From: a virus
Reading direction: 5' to 3' (one strand)
IMG/VR virus record: IMGVR_UViG_3300018080_000115
Coordinates: 12,695-76,694 of that record
Length of the DNA stretch: 64,000 nt
Part shown: in pieces, positions 18,845 to 27,808 of the stretch
Position numbering within the stretch: position 1 is the first letter of the stretch
How the letters are laid out: each line of letters begins with the position of its first letter
The notes under the pieces: generated by a model
What the model saw: only the letters and a program-made list of their open reading frames with translations
Told to the model about the DNA's origin: nothing
Databases searched by the model: none
Made by a program: the position numbers and the translations under genes

Positions 18845-20008
18845 CTAATCAGCGTAAGCGCAGATGCTGCTGACGCGGTCGGTGATCTTCCGGCCCGCAT
18901 TCTTGACCACCTTGGCGTTCTTCTTACGCAGCATATCAACGATCTTCGTGGTCTTGACATCACGGCCGTACTTGTTGCGATCGGCCCGCAGGTATCCGAG
19001 AAGATGCGCGAAGGTGCGGCCGTTTCCGCCTTCATCCTTCATCGCACGATTGCGAACCAGAATGCCGCCCATGAGAGCACGATGAATCATCTTCTGATTG
19101 AGCCAAATCCAGCGATACATGTCGTTGAAGTTCAGGGTGCCCTGGAACTGGCGATTTTCGATCGTACCGCGCGACTTGGCAACCGAGAGATTCAACTTGT
19201 GATAACGGCCGCAGGTCGTCATGTCGTCCCGCATGGTTTCGACTTGGATTGCGCGCGGATCTACAAAATTGGCCATCCTGCGAGTGCTGCGACAGTAACG
19301 GCCCCGATTGGCGCGGCGCTTCTTGTTGACCAGCGTATCGAGCTGAACCTCATACTCGGCGTAGACGTCGAAAACGCGCTTGATGGCGAGGTTTCGGTGA
19401 TCTTCAGTCTGACGATCCCAACTGTTGATTCCGACTCTGGTATTGTTGAAGAAGCTGCGGATGCCAAGGTGGATGTGAGAGCCGCAGGAAGCGTTCACGC
19501 TGCAACCGGCTTCCTTCATCGCCTTGTAGATCTTCCTGAGCGCCTTCAAGCCTTCCTGCCCCTTCAGAATCGGGCTGACCAGTTCCAGGTAGCCGACCTT
19601 GCCGCGCGCACGGGTTTTGACCGAGCAGTCGCCCTTGAGCATCCAAGTTTCGGCATCATAGCTGTGATTGCTGTAGGCGGCTGAAACGATGTTCATGCCG
19701 GTCATCTGCGCCAGCTTCGCGGCGAACATCTTGCGATATCCGGCATCCGCGTCTTTGCCCCAATGAGTATAAATACGAGTTGACGTGCTTCCGTGAATCA
19801 ACCCGTCAATGTAATCGTTGACGATTTCAGGGTAGTCGAAAGTTTGCGGACCCAAGAATTCGATTTCGACGCCGAAAGTGATCTCGTTGTCGAAGTTCGG
19901 CGTGTAGTCGCGAAGCTGATTCTTGATGGCATCTTCGCTGACCTTGCCGTTGGTCGTGGCAAGCTTGCTGATGTTGATGCCTTCGATTTTCTTGGCTTCC
20001 TGCTTCAT
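18845..20008 (-). CDS. Amidoligase paralogue 3
   Basis: TFGVEIEF, ELVSPIL, CSVNASCGSHIHLG, YHKLNL, GTIENRQFQGT; AAAGGACAGACC leader. Confidence 0.9.
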   Translation of the reverse strand: MKQEAKKIEGINISKLATTNGKVSEDAIKNQLRDYTPNFDNEITFGVEIEFLGPQTFDYPEIVNDYIDGLIHGSTSTRIYTHWGKDADAGYRKMFAAKLAQMTGMNIVSAAYSNHSYDAETWMLKGDCSVKTRARGKVGYLELVSPILKGQEGLKALRKIYKAMKEAGCSVNASCGSHIHLGIRSFFNNTRVGINSWDRQTEDHRNLAIKRVFDVYAEYEVQLDTLVNKKRRANRGRYCRSTRRMANFVDPRAIQVETMRDDMTTCGRYHKLNLSVAKSRGTIENRQFQGTLNFNDMYRWIWLNQKMIHRALMGGILVRNRAMKDEGGNGRTFAHLLGYLRADRNKYGRDVKTTKIVDMLRKKNAKVVKNAGRKITDRVSSICAYAD

Positions 20009-20058
20009 CTTGGTCTGTCCTTTTTTGGTCTTGGTCGTCAACAGTTGGTCTTATAGGA

Positions 20059-20076
20059 TTGCAGTTTGTGTGCCAA
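20059..20076 (-). promoter_or_regulatory. sigma54-type promoter P2
   Basis: TTGGCACACAAACTGCA, GG-N10-GC. Confidence 0.75.
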
Positions 20077-20169
20077 ACATCACAGTTTGTCTGATAAATC
20101 TGTAAGTAGCTGAAAACTCTTATCTATTCCCGAACAGTGCTGTTGTTTAGGAGACGAAAGCCGGTTGAG

Positions 20170-20250
20170 TTGACGCTATTGGTCACTAGTTTGTGACAAT
20201 TTTCGTCGCTCGGTGACAATTTGTGTCACAAGAGTGACAATTTTCGTCAT
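20170..20250. promoter_or_regulatory. Enhancer-like array A2: 3-4 palindromes
   Basis: GTGACAATTTTCGTCGC (20193), GTGACAATTTGTGTCAC (20213), GTGACAATTTTCGTCAT (20234), weaker TTGACGCTATTGGTCAC (20170). Confidence 0.8.
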
Positions 20251-20307
20251 TCGATAGCGCCGACAGGCATTGGAAGCTGAACCTGAGCGTGCAGGCGGGC
20301 CGCGCCG

Positions 20308-20356
20308 ACCATGTCGGGACGCCGTTTTTGTGTTCGAAGCGGCGTCCCGACATGGT
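20308..20356. repeat. Perfect 17-bp inverted repeat made of two GGGACGCCG motifs
   Basis: ACCATGTCGGGACGCCG-N15-CGGCGTCCCGACATGGT. Confidence 0.9.
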
Positions 20357-20465
20357 TGATGAAGGTCACACTGCTCGACCCAACGGTTTGTCACGGACGG
20401 CACACAAACAACGTGCAATGATTCTTGAGCAGAAAACGCAACCAAACGAAAGAAAGATCAGACCG

Positions 20466-20648
20466 ATGAGAATCAACCGCAACGCCAAGTGTGAAAGCTG
20501 CCGCAGGGGAGAGAATGACGAACCGGCCGACTACTACGTCACAGGCACCATGAACGGCCGACCCTATCGCGGCTATCTGTGCAACGACCATTTGAGTCAG
20601 ATGGAAGAAGACGGACTCAAAGTCAAGCAGTGCATAAGCTTGAAATAA
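20466..20648 (+). CDS. Small zinc-finger protein
   Basis: CESC..YLCNDH; AAAGATCAGACC leader. Confidence 0.6.
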   Translation: MRINRNAKCESCRRGENDEPADYYVTGTMNGRPYRGYLCNDHLSQMEEDGLKVKQCISLK

Positions 20649-20664
20649 CATAGGAAATACTGTC

Positions 20665-20994
20665 ATGAAAAACAGGAAAAACCAAGGACCGAAAAATACG
20701 GACCCGAAGTTCCATCAACTGATGCAAAAGCGCGAAGCTGTGACAGCAGATCTAATGGCACGATTCGCCCTTAAACTGCTCACTCACAGCATGATTCATT
20801 TCACGCTCGACGATCCTTTGAATGTGAACTACGATCGGAAATCGAACATCATTCATCTCGTCTACCGCGAAGTCACGATTCAACGGTTCATTCAGCGAGG
20901 AAACGTGCTGATCGCGTGTATGCCGACCGAACAAGGCGGAACGATCGAAGAGCATATGGCCAACATCCCGAAACCTGAAAGAACAGACCGATGA
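20665..20994 (+). CDS. Hypothetical protein
   Basis: Co-directional ORF with stop/start overlap. Confidence 0.65.
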   Translation: MKNRKNQGPKNTDPKFHQLMQKREAVTADLMARFALKLLTHSMIHFTLDDPLNVNYDRKSNIIHLVYREVTIQRFIQRGNVLIACMPTEQGGTIEEHMANIPKPERTDR

Positions 20995-21590
20995 CCCAAA
21001 AAAGCCTCATTCACGAACTGGCCTGGAAGATCGCTGAGCGTCATCCTGAACTGAGTGTCTTTGTGGAAAGGCACATAGGGATGACGGGCGCGACAGTGAA
21101 TCTGGACAACATCCAAGTCAACCTGTACACCGACCGATCCTGGAACTGCCTGATCGCCCATGGATTTGACGGCGAAGAGTATCGCAGGATGACCGTTCAG
21201 GAACACCTTGCTGAACTGCCGAAATGGATCGAAATCGCCAAGGCACGCCAAGCCTTAAAAGCGCACTGTGAAACCCTGGCTTGGCGAATCAACGAGTACG
21301 CCAATCAACAGCGCATCAATGTGCGTGTCCGCAAAATCAGAATGGATTCGGAACACAAGCGGGCGCGCATCTACTTCATGCTTCCTGCGAGTCTCGAACC
21401 TCAAAAAGAACCCAGCATCAAGAGCGACATGATCGTCAAGTGGAATGACGGCAAGCTGCGAGTCGATCAATGCAACGCTCAAGTGCACAACCTCATCAAG
21501 ATGCTTCAGACTATCGAACCTTTCAGCAATGACTTCGATCACGATCTGAGCTATACGCTGCCGCCCGAACCAGACGAAGACGAAAGTTGA
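20991..21590 (+). CDS. Hypothetical protein, paralogue of 23783-24601
   Basis: TVNLDNIQV..INEYANQQRINVRV versus TVNLAHLQI..MNAYARNKQMRVRV. Confidence 0.7.
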   Translation: MTQKSLIHELAWKIAERHPELSVFVERHIGMTGATVNLDNIQVNLYTDRSWNCLIAHGFDGEEYRRMTVQEHLAELPKWIEIAKARQALKAHCETLAWRINEYANQQRINVRVRKIRMDSEHKRARIYFMLPASLEPQKEPSIKSDMIVKWNDGKLRVDQCNAQVHNLIKMLQTIEPFSNDFDHDLSYTLPPEPDEDES

Positions 21591-21609
21591 TGAGGCAGAA
21601 AGATTTTCA

Positions 21610-21638
21610 TTGACAGTTTGTAACAGAAGCGATACAAT
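21610..21638 (+). promoter_or_regulatory. sigma70-type promoter
   Basis: TTGACA-GTTTGTAA..N17-TACAAT. Confidence 0.75.
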
Positions 21639-21660
21639 AGGCTGTGAAAGGATAGAGCGC

Positions 21661-22218
21661 ATGCGAACCAAAATCGAAGTCATCAAGCTGCGGGAATTCA
21701 TCAGCATGCTGATCCGCGAACGACTCGTCATCGGCAAAGACTACACCAACGGTCTGACGCGAACATGGGATGCAATAGAAGAGCCGCCGCTGGTCATCCA
21801 ACGCGAAACGTCGCACCTCTTAATCGACGTCTTCAAGCTTCGTCCGATCGGTTCGTTCGTGGTGTGGGAGACGCAGGACGAAGACGGCCGACAGTTCCAA
21901 ATCGTCAAGGGGCGTCGCAAAGCGCGCATGCTGTTCGATTCGCTCACGACTCCCGGTTGGGGATTCAATCTGGCCAAAGAAGAATTCATCAAGCTGAATC
22001 CAGACGAAGAACCGGCCGATGATGTCTGCCGAGTCAATGCAATCCTTGACACCCTAGAGGTAATCAGAGAGAAAAAGCGAATCAATCCGGCGTTCCACAC
22101 TCTAATTCATCGATTTGCAGACAGAATCTATAATTACAAAGTGATTCATGAAATCATCGAATGCGGAGTCGAAGAGATGAACGCCATCGTGAGCAGACTG
22201 AGCAAGGCAAACAGATGA
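21661..22218 (+). CDS. Hypothetical protein
   Basis: GAAAGGA SD before ATG 21661. Confidence 0.7.
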   Translation: MRTKIEVIKLREFISMLIRERLVIGKDYTNGLTRTWDAIEEPPLVIQRETSHLLIDVFKLRPIGSFVVWETQDEDGRQFQIVKGRRKARMLFDSLTTPGWGFNLAKEEFIKLNPDEEPADDVCRVNAILDTLEVIREKKRINPAFHTLIHRFADRIYNYKVIHEIIECGVEEMNAIVSRLSKANR

Positions 22219-22249
22219 GAACCAAAATCGAAATCATTACCCTCAAGGA

Positions 22250-22828
22250 ATGGATTGCGACGTGGACAAATCTGCGAGGTTGAAAATGGACGAAATCACC
22301 ATCAAAGAAGCGGTTGATCTGGCCATCAGAGAAAAGCGGGAAGACGTTTTTAATGTCCCGGTATCAGAAGACCCTATGAAGGGACAAACGCCAGTCATCC
22401 AAACCCGCGACGGCAAACGGTATCGGTTGAAAGAAGAATCCAAATGGCCATGGACCGACTTCGACAAGACCTTCTATCCAATCGGGGATGGATTCTACAG
22501 TCCTGTCTACCAAGCCATCATCAGTGCAAAGCTTCGACGCATGGCGCGTCGATTCGCGGAAAAGGCAATGAAGCGGAACGATGGTCTGCAAGCCGAAGCG
22601 GCCGATGACAGCACTCAGTTGATCATGGACAGCGTTCCCATCGCGACCGTGCAGTTGGAGTCTTCAGCGACCGAAAGCGAAATCAACAGCTTTATGATGA
22701 CCAAGCTGACGAAATGCGACAAGCGGCTGCGCGAACGATTCGGCCTTTGGCTCTCGTTTCATCAACGGCTGAAGCAGGTCCCTGACATGATAGCGTTCGT
22801 CAAGGACTGCCAAAAGGAACGATCATGA
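22250..22828 (+). CDS. Hypothetical protein
   Basis: Co-directional ORF. Confidence 0.65.
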   Translation: MDCDVDKSARLKMDEITIKEAVDLAIREKREDVFNVPVSEDPMKGQTPVIQTRDGKRYRLKEESKWPWTDFDKTFYPIGDGFYSPVYQAIISAKLRRMARRFAEKAMKRNDGLQAEAADDSTQLIMDSVPIATVQLESSATESEINSFMMTKLTKCDKRLRERFGLWLSFHQRLKQVPDMIAFVKDCQKERS

Positions 22829-23124
22829 GCGCAAAACCGAAACCCATCGTCGATCTGGTCAAAGAACTTGATTCAATCATTGAGTCTTGGCCGGATAACG
22901 CCGTCAAGAGACTTGAGGCGCTTCAGAGAGCGGTCAAGAGCAGACGATTTACCCTTCATGATCGATGGGTGGAAGCAGAAGGCATAGAAAAAACAAGATT
23001 AGTCGGTCAATATGCGACTGCAATAGAAGCAGTTGACATACTTCTGCGTTCAGCTCGATCGCGTGCAACATCTGATGCAGCATTCGAAATGGGAGTACGA
23101 TACACCAAAATAGCAAAGGACTAA
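22825..23124 (+). CDS. Hypothetical protein
   Basis: ATGA overlap. Confidence 0.65.
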   Translation: MSAKPKPIVDLVKELDSIIESWPDNAVKRLEALQRAVKSRRFTLHDRWVEAEGIEKTRLVGQYATAIEAVDILLRSARSRATSDAAFEMGVRYTKIAKD

Positions 23125-23128
23125 AATC

Positions 23129-23566
23129 ATGAGCGACGTCAACAACTCAAGCCAACCCGACAACGATGAAGCCCTTGTCGGCGAACATGACCGCCAAGAA
23201 CAGCTCGCCGAACTGACGCACAAGATGAATCAGCTTGCCGTGTCACACTTCAGCATGCTGCGCGTCGAATCCGTTCATTCCATCAGGCGCGCTCAAGGCG
23301 GTGTGGACATCATCATCCACTTCGTGGTTCCGGTGCGAGGAACCAACCACTTTTTCCCAGAGAATTCTCATCCGATTCCCATGCAGACGTTCATCATGCC
23401 TGTAAGGATCGAACTGAATCCGGAATCGGAAGGCTACAACATAAACTTCAATAACGTCAACCACATAGACGAAGCCACGTCCGCGCTATCGATGCTTTCA
23501 TTGCTTTTGAGTCGTGCAATGGTTCTGATGAGCCAGCATGGCAACGGACAGAATGCAACAGAATGA
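23129..23566 (+). CDS. Hypothetical protein
   Basis: AAAGGA SD. Confidence 0.65.
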   Translation: MSDVNNSSQPDNDEALVGEHDRQEQLAELTHKMNQLAVSHFSMLRVESVHSIRRAQGGVDIIIHFVVPVRGTNHFFPENSHPIPMQTFIMPVRIELNPESEGYNINFNNVNHIDEATSALSMLSLLLSRAMVLMSQHGNGQNATE

Positions 23567-23823
23567 CAAAAAAAAAGAGAAAGCCGACACGGAGGGATTT
23601 GCTGGTCATCATCACCAGACTGCAAGGGATGATCGGCACGGCACATGGAGAACACTTCAATGATCGCAGTCGAACCGCGTTCGAAACAGCTCAACGCATT
23701 CTGAAAAAAGCACATGAACTCTGCATAGATGCCCGAAGCCACGAAGACCCGGTTCGCATGACAGGACCATGGGCGGAAGGACATGAAAATGATACGAAAC
23801 ACCCCTACTATGACGAAGACTGA
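23563..23823 (+). CDS. Hypothetical protein
   Basis: ATGA overlap. Confidence 0.6.
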   Translation: MTKKKRKPTRRDLLVIITRLQGMIGTAHGEHFNDRSRTAFETAQRILKKAHELCIDARSHEDPVRMTGPWAEGHENDTKHPYYDED

Positions 23824-24601
23824 TGAACTCAAACTGCAAGAAGCGGGCAGAATTCTGAAGCAGAAACTGGAAGAGGCATTGTTGGAGAAGATCGGACAGG
23901 ATCATTTTGCCATCCATGCTCAACAAAACGACAAGTACATCATCGTGTCCATACAGCACGCATTGGACCGTAACGTCACGGTCAACTTGGCGCATCTGCA
24001 AATCGTTTTCAACCCCTATCCTTTCAGAGAAAAACAGCCTGATTCTCCGATAGCAGTCATCCTGAAGAATGGGGCCGCGCTGCGCGATCGACGATTCAGA
24101 AGTGACAATGATTGTGCAACCATCGAAGAGCGCATCAAACAAGTCGGCCGATGGCTTGAAATCGGAAAAGAACTGCTGGAAGAAAAGTTTCAAAAAGCGC
24201 AGCGGGAATTGTGGTGGGCTGAGCGTGATGCAGAGCTGGCGCATCGCATGAACGCCTACGCCCGCAACAAGCAGATGCGTGTCCGCGTGTGTGATGTTTC
24301 CACTAACCGCTGTCACCACCTGAACGACAGCCTGTTCACATCCGTCAAGTTCTTGGTGCGCAATCGCGACTGGGAAGAGTTGGACGGCGGGACAGGGAAT
24401 CTGATCCTGTTCAACCCGGATGTTCAGAGCGTTGCCGTCTATTACGAAGTCAGCTTGAAGGACAGAGCGCGCTGGTTCAACAACCGCCGATACGAAATAT
24501 CGTCTTTCAGCAACATGGAGCAGTTGACCGCGATCTTCGAATTGCTGAGGCACTTTGCCGAACAAATCGAAACGCCTGACAATACGCTGTCTGTCGCCTA
24601 A
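23783..24601 (+). CDS. Hypothetical protein, paralogue of 20991-21590
   Basis: Shared motifs, see 20991. Confidence 0.7.
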   Translation: MKMIRNTPTMTKTDELKLQEAGRILKQKLEEALLEKIGQDHFAIHAQQNDKYIIVSIQHALDRNVTVNLAHLQIVFNPYPFREKQPDSPIAVILKNGAALRDRRFRSDNDCATIEERIKQVGRWLEIGKELLEEKFQKAQRELWWAERDAELAHRMNAYARNKQMRVRVCDVSTNRCHHLNDSLFTSVKFLVRNRDWEELDGGTGNLILFNPDVQSVAVYYEVSLKDRARWFNNRRYEISSFSNMEQLTAIFELLRHFAEQIETPDNTLSVA

Positions 24602-24696
24602 ATCACGCAAGAGGAATAATCGAATCCGTAACATGCCGACGTTACTAAAGAAATTTAGCATGCAGGTGAAACGCCGATTTCGCGAAAGGCAAACCC

Positions 24697-25224
24697 ATGA
24701 CCAATTCAGCCATCAAGCCGCGACAAGCTACCGAAATCGAGATCTATGAAACGCTGTACGATAACGGGTACATCCAATGGGCGCAACGCGACGGCAAAGA
24801 CATTTACGTGCTGCTCAACAATCGCAAAAAGTACATCGGCGATGTCGACAGAGCGGTTCTGAATCAACTTCGTCCAGACATTCTCAGAGGAGACCAAGAG
24901 ACACGATCGATGAAGATGAGAGCGCACCACTACATCGAAGACGATGCTTGGATTCGCATGGCGCACGCAACAGCCGAAGCATTCAAACAAGGCGTGCTCA
25001 AAGACCACGATCGAATGATTGTCATGATCGAAGACGACCTTGTCCACAAGCAGGTTCTGATTCGCCTGAAATCGCAGCCACGAGAAGTGCTCAAGATCAT
25101 GAATTTCAGGATCGACGTCTCCGATTGCGGACATCACGAGCCATTCCGCATCATCCAAATGAAACTCCCGCAAAGAGCGGCACACTGGAAGCATCGCGTG
25201 ACGTCCGTCCGGGCGCAATGGTAA
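24697..25224 (+). CDS. Hypothetical protein, ETLFNGG family member 3
   Basis: IYETLYDNG..WIRMAHATAEAF..PFRII..HWK. Confidence 0.65.
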   Translation: MTNSAIKPRQATEIEIYETLYDNGYIQWAQRDGKDIYVLLNNRKKYIGDVDRAVLNQLRPDILRGDQETRSMKMRAHHYIEDDAWIRMAHATAEAFKQGVLKDHDRMIVMIEDDLVHKQVLIRLKSQPREVLKIMNFRIDVSDCGHHEPFRIIQMKLPQRAAHWKHRVTSVRAQW

Positions 25225-25316
25225 ACACTTGAAAACAACGGGCAGGTCACACGGTCTGCCTGCTTCAATCCGTCCCGTTCGAACGGCGTCCTGTTTCGCG
25301 TAGGTGGGAAGCATGA

Positions 25317-25667
25317 TCACGAAGCAATCATGCTTTGGGGAGGTAGGCGAAAACCGGTGGGGCAGTAGAAGATTACTTCAACAGCCCGAAGACCGCAGGT
25401 TGTATTGGCCAGAACAACCGCTCTCGTCTCGTCAGCGTACAGGATGAAGTATCCGAAGTCATCATAAATGCACAGCTTTTGCAGTCCATGCACCGAGATG
25501 CCTTCCTGGTCGGCTTCATTGTACCGCTGGCGAAAGATGGAACGAGTGTCCAAGATCAGTTCGGTCAAAGAAGCCGGATTCGTCAGCTTCTCGTAGTCGC
25601 TGCGGTCACGCGTTCCAAGTACGAAGCCCATTTTGAGCAGGTTCTTGAAATCTGAGAAGTGTGTCAT
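25317..25667 (-). CDS. Hypothetical protein
   Basis: 116-codon ORF in the P3 operon. Confidence 0.55.
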   Translation of the reverse strand: MTHFSDFKNLLKMGFVLGTRDRSDYEKLTNPASLTELILDTRSIFRQRYNEADQEGISVHGLQKLCIYDDFGYFILYADETRAVVLANTTCGLRAVEVIFYCPTGFRLPPQSMIAS

Positions 25668-25910
25668 GACCGATTCTATCTTCTTTTTGATATTGATGTT
25701 TATAATTCGAAATTGTTTTTCAGATTCATGACAATCACACTGATTTCATTTTCCGGCACACCTTCAATGTTACGAACCACTTCAAGCAACTCTTCGATTG
25801 CAATACACAACGCACTGCAATTACTGTCGTACTTGTTGAGTTTTTCTTGCATCAGCTCAATTTCATTCATCTCGTTCTTCCTTTCAAGTATTTTTAGTCT
25901 GTCCTTGCTG

Positions 25911-26153
25911 TTAGTGAGTGTCGAATCCAACGCTGATCGTCGGATGCAGCTTGACGGGCGGCAATTCGCAGACCGGCGCGTCGACATGAATGAAACTCAT
26001 GAGGCACTTCGGCGTGTACCTGAAGCTTGTGTGCATCATGTAGGCTTCGATGCCCACGCTCTTGAGCTGAAGAATCCGATCATTGAGCGCCCTGTCTTCG
26101 GCCCTATATGATTCGATCGTCCAGTTTTTCATATCCTGTTGTCCGTAACACAT
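25911..26153 (-). CDS. Small protein, CYG/W-EWY/LPPV family member 2
   Basis: GAAAGGA SD; MCYGQ..WTIESY..RILQLKSVG..LPPVKL. Confidence 0.75.
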   Translation of the reverse strand: MCYGQQDMKNWTIESYRAEDRALNDRILQLKSVGIEAYMMHTSFRYTPKCLMSFIHVDAPVCELPPVKLHPTISVGFDTH

Positions 26154-26194
26154 GGCTTTTCCTTTCAAATGCTTTCAGTGCGTCGTTGAGCGAT

Positions 26195-26473
26195 CTACTG
26201 CACTTCGACAGCCCACGGGCCGTTGCAGTTGGCGACAATGATGATTTTGTCCTTGTCTTCATGCTCGAACATCGCATAGTTCCCGCAATCGAAGAGACCC
26301 AAGAAGTCGCAGTCCATCTCCGACAATTCTTCCTTGACCGAAACTCCGTCGACTCGATCGTCATCATCACCGACCGGGAAGCCTTCGCCCGCATCATTGC
26401 GCTCATGAAACGCAATGCGGATATCGGTGTCATTGGTCCGGGACATCAACTGTTCGTACGAGATCTTCTTCAT
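26195..26473 (-). CDS. Acidic hypothetical protein, first gene after P3
   Basis: GAAAGGACAGACCA-ATG. Confidence 0.75.
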   Translation of the reverse strand: MKKISYEQLMSRTNDTDIRIAFHERNDAGEGFPVGDDDDRVDGVSVKEELSEMDCDFLGLFDCGNYAMFEHEDKDKIIIVANCNGPWAVEVQ

Positions 26474-26510
26474 TGGTCTGTCCTTTCAGTGCGTTGTTGC
26501 TCTGTAACAG

Positions 26511-26528
26511 TAGCATGAACCGTGCCAT
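26511..26528 (-). promoter_or_regulatory. sigma54-type promoter P3
   Basis: ATGGCACGGTTCATGCTA, GG-N10-GC. Confidence 0.8.
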
Positions 26529-26645
26529 TTGTCAAACATGTGTGACAAACATCTGCAACATATCGAAATCACTTATGCAAACAACACACAACGGCGTCCC
26601 GACACCGTTACGGCCGCACCCGCCTGTACCCTAAACAGCTCCGAA

Positions 26646-26704
26646 GCGACCATAATTGTCACTCATGTGACACAAATTGTCACAAAGATGACGAAAATTG
26701 TCAT
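26646..26704. promoter_or_regulatory. Enhancer-like array A3 shared by divergent P3 and P4
   Basis: GCGACCATAATTGTCAC (26646), GTGACACAAATTGTCAC (26667), ATGACGAAAATTGTCAT (26688); 21-bp period. Confidence 0.8.
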
Positions 26705-26819
26705 TGAGTTTAAGCACGGCAGGCATTTGAAGCGTTTCACAGCTTGAACCAAAGAAAAAAACATCAATAACATCACAAGTTTACGCTTTTATCGCCTATT
26801 TGTGCTGAATTTGTGACAG

Positions 26820-26836
26820 TTGGCACGGTCTATGCT
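26820..26836 (+). promoter_or_regulatory. sigma54-type promoter P4
   Basis: TTGGCACGGTCTATGCT, GG-N10-GC. Confidence 0.8.
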
Positions 26837-26879
26837 ACTATTACAGGACAACGACACGTAAGAAAGAAAGGACAGACCC

Positions 26880-27131
26880 ATGACGACGTGCTACGGAAAA
26901 TATGAACTGGCCAACGGCTGGACGTCAGAGTGGTATCGAACGGCTGATTGGCAGGACGTGAAGAAGCGGATTCGCCAGCTCAAGGAAGAAGGCATCCATG
27001 TGAGCGCCGCTCACATGGGCTTCAAGCACGCGACCCGCGCCCACATGACCCTGCTGCACATTCACGCACCCGTCAGCGCCGTTCTGCTGCCCGCTGAGAC
27101 CCTGCTCGTCTGCCCGGATGGACCCTATTGA
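26880..27131 (+). CDS. Small protein, CYG/W-EWY/LPPV family member 3
   Basis: GAAAGGACAGACCC-ATG; TCYGKY..WTSEWY..KRIRQLKEEG. Confidence 0.75.
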   Translation: MTTCYGKYELANGWTSEWYRTADWQDVKKRIRQLKEEGIHVSAAHMGFKHATRAHMTLLHIHAPVSAVLLPAETLLVCPDGPY

Positions 27132-27158
27132 TCGACGACGCTCTGAAAGGACCGACCC

Positions 27159-27389
27159 ATGACCATCATCTGCAAAAGCCAAAAATGCCAATCCGGCCTC
27201 ATCGGCATCAATCCGCGCATCGTGGAACAGTATGACAATGTCTGTATGGCTCGTGCGCGTATTCGTCAGCTCCTGAATCACGATGTTCACGTGCACGGCT
27301 ACTGCTTCATGAGCAAGTGGGATGACGGAAGCGCATCACTCCTCATCTACCATCCGAAGCACATGCTGCCGCCCGTCCAGATCGGATGA
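27159..27389 (+). CDS. Small protein, LPPV family member 4 (diverged)
   Basis: GAAAGGACCGACCC-ATG; ARIRQL..LPPVQI. Confidence 0.65.
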   Translation: MTIICKSQKCQSGLIGINPRIVEQYDNVCMARARIRQLLNHDVHVHGYCFMSKWDDGSASLLIYHPKHMLPPVQIG

Positions 27390-27446
27390 CCGCTCTCTGA
27401 CAATCGAATACGCAAGCTGCAACACACTTGTTCAAGGAGATTGATC

Positions 27447-27731
27447 ATGGCACGTTCCTACCGCAAGCCCTCCTACTTCGTCTGCAACGGTGCCGACCCC
27501 GCGACCGGCAAGCGCGTCACCAGCCGCTACATCCGCCATCGCGTCAAGCAGGAGCTGCGCAACGACGGCGCGGACTTCGACTTTGTCGACATCCGCGACA
27601 AGAATCGCGGCAACAGCGGTTCCAAGAACATAAATGACTGCTGGGACTACTTCGGCGACGGCAAGGCCATCCCTGAACGTGTCCGCATCGAACACGACGG
27701 CAAGACCGTCAGCAAGCTGTCCCGCAAGTAG
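27447..27731 (+). CDS. Hypothetical phage protein (MARSYRKP..)
   Basis: AAGGAG SD; followed by a terminator. Confidence 0.7.
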   Translation: MARSYRKPSYFVCNGADPATGKRVTSRYIRHRVKQELRNDGADFDFVDIRDKNRGNSGSKNINDCWDYFGDGKAIPERVRIEHDGKTVSKLSRK

Positions 27732-27746
27732 CAGCAGCACGATTCA

Positions 27747-27776
27747 AGGCAGGCTCTTAAGCCTGCCTGTTTTTTT
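27747..27776 (+). terminator. Intrinsic terminator
   Basis: AGGCAGGCT-CTTA-AGCCTGCCT followed by T7. Confidence 0.85.
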
Positions 27777-27808
27777 GTTTGCAGTCCGACTTCTGAAAGG
27801 ACCGAACC

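Noticed and set aside
17933-19684. Long + strand ORFs (also 16330-17754 +, 17-715 -, 28441-29700 -)
   Set aside because: Antisense shadows of motif-bearing genes; no SD or motifs of their own
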